Shown piece after piece: positions 57,810 through 64,000 of a DNA stretch of 64,000 nucleotides (the stretch's first letter is position 1; the number at the start of each line of letters is the position of its first letter). Source of the DNA: Oscillospiraceae bacterium (GTDB lineage Bacteria > Bacillota > Clostridia > Oscillospirales > Oscillospiraceae); contig JAFTGD010000065.1 in NCBI GenBank assembly GCA_017458065.1, forward strand, positions 17,957 to 81,956. The letters run 5' to 3'. The position numbers and the translations under genes were made by a program. Under the pieces are notes generated by a model, which had not been told where the DNA came from, ran no database searches, and saw only the letters and a program-made list of their open reading frames with translations.

Positions 57810-59182
57810 GTTTCCAGTTCCTTTCGCACGAAGGCGATCTGCTTTTCCACGGAGGCGACGGAAGTCCCGCCCTCGCTGATCCTCTTCTCCATGCATGTCT
57901 TGAGGTCGATCGCCTGATAGAGCTCTTCATCGAAGAACTCACTGTACTGCCGATAGGTCTCGAGCGGAAGCGCCTCCAGGACGGTCCCGTTCTCGATGCA
58001 GAGCCGCACCAGCTGTCCGGAGATCTTGTAAGCGCTCCGGAAGGGCATCCCCTTTTTTACCAGCCAGTCCGCCAGATCCGTTGCGTTGATAAACCCGCTC
58101 TGCGCCGCGTGGAGCATGTTCTCCTTGTTTACGGTCATGGTCGCGAGCATTGGCGTCAGGATTCCGAGACACATTTTCACCGTGTCGCAGGCGTCGAACA
58201 CGCCCTCCTTGTCCTCCTGCATATCCTTGTTATATGCGAGCGGGAGACCTTTCAACGTGGTGAGCAGTCCGATCAGATCTCCGTATACCCGTCCGGTCTT
58301 GCCGCGGATCAGTTCCGCCATGTCGGCGTTCCGCTTCTGCGGCATGATGGAGGAGCCCGTCGTATAGGCGTTGGAGAAGGAGATGAACCGGAACTCCCAG
58401 CTGGCCCAGAGGATCAGCTCCTCCGAGAGGCGGGACAGATGCATCATCAGGATCGAGAGCGTGCTCAGAAGCTCCGCGGCAAAGTCCCGGTCCGAGACGC
58501 CGTCCATGCTGTTGAGGCAGATCCCGTCAAAACCGAGGCGCTCCGCCTCCATCCGGCGGTCCGTGTCATAGGTGGTCCCCGCCAGGGCGCAGCAGCCGAT
58601 GGGCGAGATGTTCATCCGCCTGCGGCAGTCCCGAAGGCGGTCCAGGTCCCGCAGCAGCATCATCGCGTAGGCCATCATGTAGTGCCCGAAGCTCACGGGC
58701 TGCGCCCGCTGCAGATGGGTATATCCCGGCATGATGGTCTCGGTGTGCTGTTCCGCCAGATCTGCCAGCACCTTCAGAATACCGCGGATGAGAGCGGCTA
58801 TCTCGTCACTCTCATCCCTCAGATACATGCGCAGGTCCAGCGCGACCTGGTCGTTCCGGCTGCGCGCGGTGTGCAGCTTCTTTCCGGTGTCGCCGATCCG
58901 TTCGGTCAGTACCTGCTCGACAAACATATGGATGTCTTCGGCACTCCCGTCAATTTTGAGCTTCCCGCTCTCCAGGTCCTCCAGGATACCGGCGAGCCCG
59001 TCTGTCAGCGCTTCACAGTCGCTTTGGGAAAGGATTCCCTTTGCAGCAAGCATCTCGGCATGGGCAATGCTTCCGGTGATGTCCTGACGGAACATCCTCT
59101 GATCAAAGCGGATGGAGGAATTGAAGTCGTCCGCCGCCGGATCGGTGTCCCCGGCTGTGACGCCGGCCCACATCTTTGCCAT
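57806..59182 (-). CDS. argH: argininosuccinate lyase
   Basis: 458 aa with the fumarate-lyase signature GSSIMPQKRNADMAE. Confidence 0.96.
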   Translation of the reverse strand: MAKMWAGVTAGDTDPAADDFNSSIRFDQRMFRQDITGSIAHAEMLAAKGILSQSDCEALTDGLAGILEDLESGKLKIDGSAEDIHMFVEQVLTERIGDTGKKLHTARSRNDQVALDLRMYLRDESDEIAALIRGILKVLADLAEQHTETIMPGYTHLQRAQPVSFGHYMMAYAMMLLRDLDRLRDCRRRMNISPIGCCALAGTTYDTDRRMEAERLGFDGICLNSMDGVSDRDFAAELLSTLSILMMHLSRLSEELILWASWEFRFISFSNAYTTGSSIMPQKRNADMAELIRGKTGRVYGDLIGLLTTLKGLPLAYNKDMQEDKEGVFDACDTVKMCLGILTPMLATMTVNKENMLHAAQSGFINATDLADWLVKKGMPFRSAYKISGQLVRLCIENGTVLEALPLETYRQYSEFFDEELYQAIDLKTCMEKRISEGGTSVASVEKQIAFVRKELET

Positions 59183-59185
59183 GGC

Positions 59186-60400
<1,215 letters not shown>

Positions 60401-60414
60401 AATATTAGCTCCTT

Positions 60415-60432
60415 ATTGAATATTTATGCAGT
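60415..60432 (-). promoter_or_regulatory. ARG-box-like operator 1 (candidate ArgR/AhrC site)
   Basis: TGAATATTTATGCA (60417-60430) differs at one position from the palindromic core TGAAT-WWWW-ATTCA. It lies between the -10 and the RBS. Confidence 0.5.
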
Positions 60433-60433
60433 G

Positions 60434-60462
60434 ATTATAGGGCCGGCATCCAGAAAAGTCAA
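60434..60462 (-). promoter_or_regulatory. near-consensus sigma-A promoter of the arginine operon
   Basis: The minus strand reads TTGACT (60462-60457), a 17-nt spacer, then TATAAT (60439-60434). Confidence 0.65.
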
Positions 60463-60468
60463 GTTCTA

Positions 60469-60486
60469 TTTTCATATTTATGCACA
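60469..60486 (-). promoter_or_regulatory. ARG-box-like operator 2
   Basis: TTCATATTTATGCA (60471-60484) shares the 11-mer ATATTTATGCA with box 1. The centres are 54 bp apart, and this box lies just upstream of the -35. Confidence 0.4.
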
Positions 60487-60549
60487 GTTGCAAAGAGGGC
60501 GTTTCCGCTCTCTCCCGTTCTTATGCAAATAGCACAAAGCCGCAGAACA

Positions 60550-60579
60550 ATACCGCCGCAGTTTCTGTGGCGGCGGTAT
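60550..60579 (-). terminator. intrinsic terminator after the DUF3298-like lipoprotein gene
   Basis: A 10-bp GC-rich stem pairs ATACCGCCGC with GCGGCGGTAT around a 10-nt loop, followed on the minus strand by TGTTCTG. Confidence 0.55.
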
Positions 60580-60600
60580 CCGGTATGCTGTATAAGCGGC

Positions 60601-61902
60601 TCAGCCCTGAGAGGCGGGCGGATTCTCCGTCAGGATGATCCTTCCGTCCTCGCCGGAGAGGCCGATCATATATTCATGCACCTCTCTGAGATCCCGGTAG
60701 CGGAGCATCGTATCGGGCAGATCCCCCGGAAACAGAAGCGCCATCTGCAGCGCGCAGTCGCAGAAGCGCCCGCAGAAGAACAGCTCCCGGTCTGCATAAA
60801 AATGAGCGTCCGCGCCCGGATATGCCGTCCAGATGCTGACGTCCCTGGCGTCCCCGGAAAAGACGATGAGGCCGGTCTCGCCGCCGTCGCCGATCACCAC
60901 CTGGTCGACGATGTCGAGGCTTCCCTCCTGGATTTCAGGCATCTCGATCATCGCGACGTCCGCCGTGCCGGAAACGGCGGGCGGGAACCAGCGGGCATCC
61001 AGGAGGCCTTCCAGCTTTTCATACGGGATGCTGAAATCCGTGAGGCCGGAGGCATAGTCTCCGAGCTCGTACAGCCCGGACGTCAGGTGGAAGGCATCCT
61101 CCCCCGGGTACCAGGCGCCGTCCCGCAGCAGCGCCCGGAAGGCGGTCTCATAGTCCTCCGGGGCGGTCAGGGAGAGCTGGCTGGCATAGTAGCCGTCCCG
61201 GTCCTCCTGCACCAGGCGGAGCATTTCGGAGACGAGGCGCTCCCGGAAAGCCTCCGGATCGGCGCAGAGATTCTCCAGGTGGAGCCGCTCCCCCGTTCCG
61301 GCGTCAAAACAGACCGCCTCCTCCGCGTAGCCGCCGTGCGCGCCGCCGAGGTAGTCATAGGTACTCACCAGGAAAACACAGATCTCATCATCCGCCCGCA
61401 GCACCGTCACATACCGGGTCGAGGTCAGCTCCGAAGGGATGCCGTCATATTCCCTGGAGATGGTGTAATTGTCCTCGGCGGCGGCCAGCATGGCATCGTA
61501 TCCGTATATGTTTCCCTCCCCGGCACCGCTGCCGGTATACCAGAGATCCTGCAGCGCCGCCATTTCCTCGGTCATGCGCTGTGCCGCTTCCGGCGCCAGT
61601 TCCGAATCCACCCGGACATTGTCCCATGCGAAGGTGAGGATCCGGTTCGTCCCCGTCTCGGGATCGAAAGCCTCTTTCGACATGCGTTCCATATGAATCA
61701 GCATGCCGTGATCGGGCACCGTCACTTCGGCGCGCATTTCAGAGCCGCTCTCCACGGCGGGCAGATCCGCCTGCTGCTCCGTCGTCGGCCGGGGCGTCTC
61801 CGCCGGGGCGGACGCCGTGCCGCAGCCGGTGAGAAGCATTGCGCAGCACAACAGGCATACAAGGGTCAACCTGACTATTCTCATACATATCTCCTTCAGC
61901 AT
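60601..61902 (-). CDS. lipoprotein with DUF3298/RsiV-like domain
   Basis: 433 aa with signal peptide plus lipobox (LLTGCG). The block YDYLGGAHGGY resembles the DUF3298 (PdaC/RsiV-type) GGAHG motif. Confidence 0.65.
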   Translation of the reverse strand: MLKEICMRIVRLTLVCLLCCAMLLTGCGTASAPAETPRPTTEQQADLPAVESGSEMRAEVTVPDHGMLIHMERMSKEAFDPETGTNRILTFAWDNVRVDSELAPEAAQRMTEEMAALQDLWYTGSGAGEGNIYGYDAMLAAAEDNYTISREYDGIPSELTSTRYVTVLRADDEICVFLVSTYDYLGGAHGGYAEEAVCFDAGTGERLHLENLCADPEAFRERLVSEMLRLVQEDRDGYYASQLSLTAPEDYETAFRALLRDGAWYPGEDAFHLTSGLYELGDYASGLTDFSIPYEKLEGLLDARWFPPAVSGTADVAMIEMPEIQEGSLDIVDQVVIGDGGETGLIVFSGDARDVSIWTAYPGADAHFYADRELFFCGRFCDCALQMALLFPGDLPDTMLRYRDLREVHEYMIGLSGEDGRIILTENPPASQG

Positions 61903-61928
61903 AAAGCTGTTTTCTTCCCGTTTCTGTC

Positions 61929-64000
61929 TTATTCGGACCGCAGCGCGATGACCGGGTCCTTTTTTGCCGCCACGCCGGAGGGGATCAGCCCCGCGATGAA
62001 GGTCAGGATCACGCTGATCAGCACAAGGAAGACGGCACCGATCAGCGGGAGCGAGGACTTCAGCGACATGATGCCGGTGAGGTCGTGGACGATGATGTTG
62101 ATGGGGATGTTCAGGACCGCCGTCACCAGAATGCCGATCAGGCCGGCGGCCAGGCCGACGATGAAGGTCTCGGCGTTGAAGACGCGGGAAATGTCACGCT
62201 TCGAGGCGCCGATGGCGCGAAGAATTCCGATCTCCTTGGTCCGCTCCAGGACGGAGATGTAGGTGATGATTCCGATCATGATGGAGGATACCACCAGCGA
62301 GATGCCGACAAAGGCAATCAGGACATAGCTGATGACATTGATGATGGTCGTAATTGAGCTCATCAGCAGCGCCACCATATCGGTATAGTGGATCTCGTCC
62401 TCCTCTTCCACCGTGTCGTTATACGCCTCGATGGCGTCGGCAATGGCGTCCTTGTTTTCAAAGGTCGAGGCGTAGAGATTGATCGCCGACGGACTGTCCA
62501 GATCCACATAGCCAAGCTTTTTGAGCGTATCCTTCAGCGTCTGGGTGGAATAGACCGGGGGCATCGCGTTGTCATAGATCCAGAGATAGTCATCGTCGCT
62601 GAGCGAGAGCAGCTGAAAATCCGCCGCCAGCTGCCGATCGGAGAGTTTCTCATATAGCGCCTTCATCTGGACCGCGTACTGGGCGCGCACCGTCTCGACC
62701 ATCATCTGGCGAACGGAATCAAACAGGGTGTCGTCGTCCAGGTCTTCCAGCATGCTGCGGTATTCGGGATAATAGTCCAGCACCGATTTCTCAATATCGG
62801 CACGGTCCATCCCCTCCATCTGTTCGTCCAGCATGTCGTTCAGGGTCTTCTCGTCCGGCTCGCACATGTAGGTCACATAGAGATCGGCGATCTCCGCCTC
62901 CGTGGCATGGGCGATATAGTCTCTGGCCGCATCGCGCTTCTTGTCCTTGCTCAGGGCTTCGTTCTCGTCCAGGAAGGGCAGGCCGGAGAACACGTCGACC
63001 TCCGGGTTTCGGAGCTGCCGGCGCACCAGGTCCCGGGTCTCCGCCTCCCGCATGATGTGCTCCACCAGGGCATGGGTGTAGCCGATCGCCCCGGTCATCA
63101 TTCCGGAGAGGGCGTCCTCGTTCTGGCGGATAATGCCAACCAGACGGACCTCCAGGCCGTCGCGGTAGAGGGTCTTCAGGCCGAGCTGTTCCGCGGTGAG
63201 ATCCACCGTCTCGCCGTCCTCAATGCGGAAGGTATCCGCCGGGAAGATATAGCGGAAGCTCTTGCTGCAGAGCTCCTCATAGCTCCAGCGCTCCTGCCGG
63301 CTCTCCACCGACTCGGCCGTGAGGAAGGACTGCATGTCCTCGGCGACGGTGGAGTTGGACTTCAGGCCCAGGGCGTAGAGCACCAGGTCCGAGATCTCGT
63401 TGTTGTCATCGACAACCAGCACCGCCTCGTCATAGCTCTCGGGCCAGTGCCCGTAGAGCAGATCATACTGTTCGCGAAGGAGAGGGTTCACGAGTCCGTC
63501 CTCCTCGCCGGGCAGCATCTCCTGCCAGACATTGGCAATGGAATAATACTGGCCGTAGGTAGAGAAGAAGCTGGAATAGTTGCCGCCGTAGATGGCGCTC
63601 ATGGTCTCCTGCAGGAGCTGGACAATGTCGGTCTTGACGATGTTCCCGTCCGGGTCCTCGGCATAGAGATTCATATCCAGGTCGTAGCTGTACTGAACGG
63701 AGCTGATATAGTCACGGATGCCGCCGCCGTTTGCGTCCAGGAAGGCCTTGAAGTCGCGGAGGTTGTTGGTCTCCTTCTCGGCGGAGACCATCGAGTTCAT
63801 CAGGTCGTACATGATGGTGCTGGAATAGACCGCGTCCTTCTCATGCCGGTTCTGTGAATCCGAAGCCTGTATCCCCATCAGCGAGGTCATCATCCCCGTC
63901 ATGTCCACCGATTCCGCCTGAATCGTGATGGGATAGCTGGAGAGCGTATCCTCCTGGACCTTGTCGATGTAGTTCTGGATTCCGTTGGAGAGGGACATGA
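61929..64000 (-). CDS. FtsX/MacB-type ABC transporter permease with a large extracytoplasmic domain (N-terminus probably outside the window)
   Basis: The C-terminal FtsX domain reads RTKEIGILRAIGASKRDISRVFNAETFIVGLAAG..., followed by 3 TM helices. The listed Met at 63998 is 2 nt from the window edge, and no N-terminal TM helix is seen, so the gene is likely truncated. Confidence 0.8.
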   Translation of the reverse strand, partial: MSLSNGIQNYIDKVQEDTLSSYPITIQAESVDMTGMMTSLMGIQASDSQNRHEKDAVYSSTIMYDLMNSMVSAEKETNNLRDFKAFLDANGGGIRDYISSVQYSYDLDMNLYAEDPDGNIVKTDIVQLLQETMSAIYGGNYSSFFSTYGQYYSIANVWQEMLPGEEDGLVNPLLREQYDLLYGHWPESYDEAVLVVDDNNEISDLVLYALGLKSNSTVAEDMQSFLTAESVESRQERWSYEELCSKSFRYIFPADTFRIEDGETVDLTAEQLGLKTLYRDGLEVRLVGIIRQNEDALSGMMTGAIGYTHALVEHIMREAETRDLVRRQLRNPEVDVFSGLPFLDENEALSKDKKRDAARDYIAHATEAEIADLYVTYMCEPDEKTLNDMLDEQMEGMDRADIEKSVLDYYPEYRSMLEDLDDDTLFDSVRQMMVETVRAQYAVQMKALYEKLSDRQLAADFQLLSLSDDDYLWIYDNAMPPVYSTQTLKDTLKKLGYVDLDSPSAINLYASTFENKDAIADAIEAYNDTVEEEDEIHYTDMVALLMSSITTIINVISYVLIAFVGISLVVSSIMIGIITYISVLERTKEIGILRAIGASKRDISRVFNAETFIVGLAAGLIGILVTAVLNIPINIIVHDLTGIMSLKSSLPLIGAVFLVLISVILTFIAGLIPSGVAAKKDPVIALRSE

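Overview
The window is a 64-kb chromosomal segment that looks like a high-GC Firmicutes/Clostridia genome. An Oscillospiraceae-like origin is an inference from DnaK/Ffh/Arg protein sequences and about 60-62% GC, not a database result. I call about 58 protein genes, tightly packed and often joined by 4-nt ATGA/GTGA overlaps. I found no rRNA, tRNA, CRISPR array, transposase or integrase.

Gene content from left to right:
1. 1-6300: an AT-rich glycan-modification cassette on the minus strand. It holds LicD, TagA/WecG, a TIM-barrel isomerase, an SDR, a GtrB-like GT2, an FAD oxidoreductase and a Nudix hydrolase.
2. 6400-14150: an EPS/capsule module. It holds 2x VanZ, a priming phosphoglycosyltransferase, LCP, an acidic secreted protein, the CpsB phosphatase, the CpsD BY-kinase, CpsC/Wzz and an unknown 380-aa first gene.
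3. 14502-17360: ppdK with a 77-aa C-terminal tail.
4. 17463-23655: ylxM-ffh-rpsP-KH-(lipoprotein)-rimM-trmD::GNAT-(small TM)-rsmA.
5. 23867-31728: an M16 peptidase pair, lgt, a 155-aa protein, a GT-C glycosyltransferase, GtrB, GtrA and a lipoprotein.
6. 31806-36740: hrcA-grpE-dnaK-dnaJ with CIRCE.
7. 37018-41791: marR, MFS, GDPD, then a truncated KdpD-like/KdpE-like pair.
8. 41863-47214: MBOAT-DHHW-CotH(LTD).
9. 47436-60400: a nine-gene arginine supra-operon, argG-H-C-J-B-D-F-carA-carB.
10. 60601-64000: a DUF3298-like lipoprotein and a partial FtsX-type ABC permease.

The most unusual item is carB, which is fused in frame to a full-length DapF-like domain that lacks the first catalytic cysteine. 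Other notable items:
- a TrmD-GNAT fusion;
- an lgt-linked polyprenol-phosphate-sugar/GT-C module;
- a low-GC cassette whose gene set suggests redox editing of a lipid-linked sugar;
- a C9 homopolymer upstream of the EPS promoter.

The many long ORFs antisense to real genes are high-GC shadow ORFs and are rejected.
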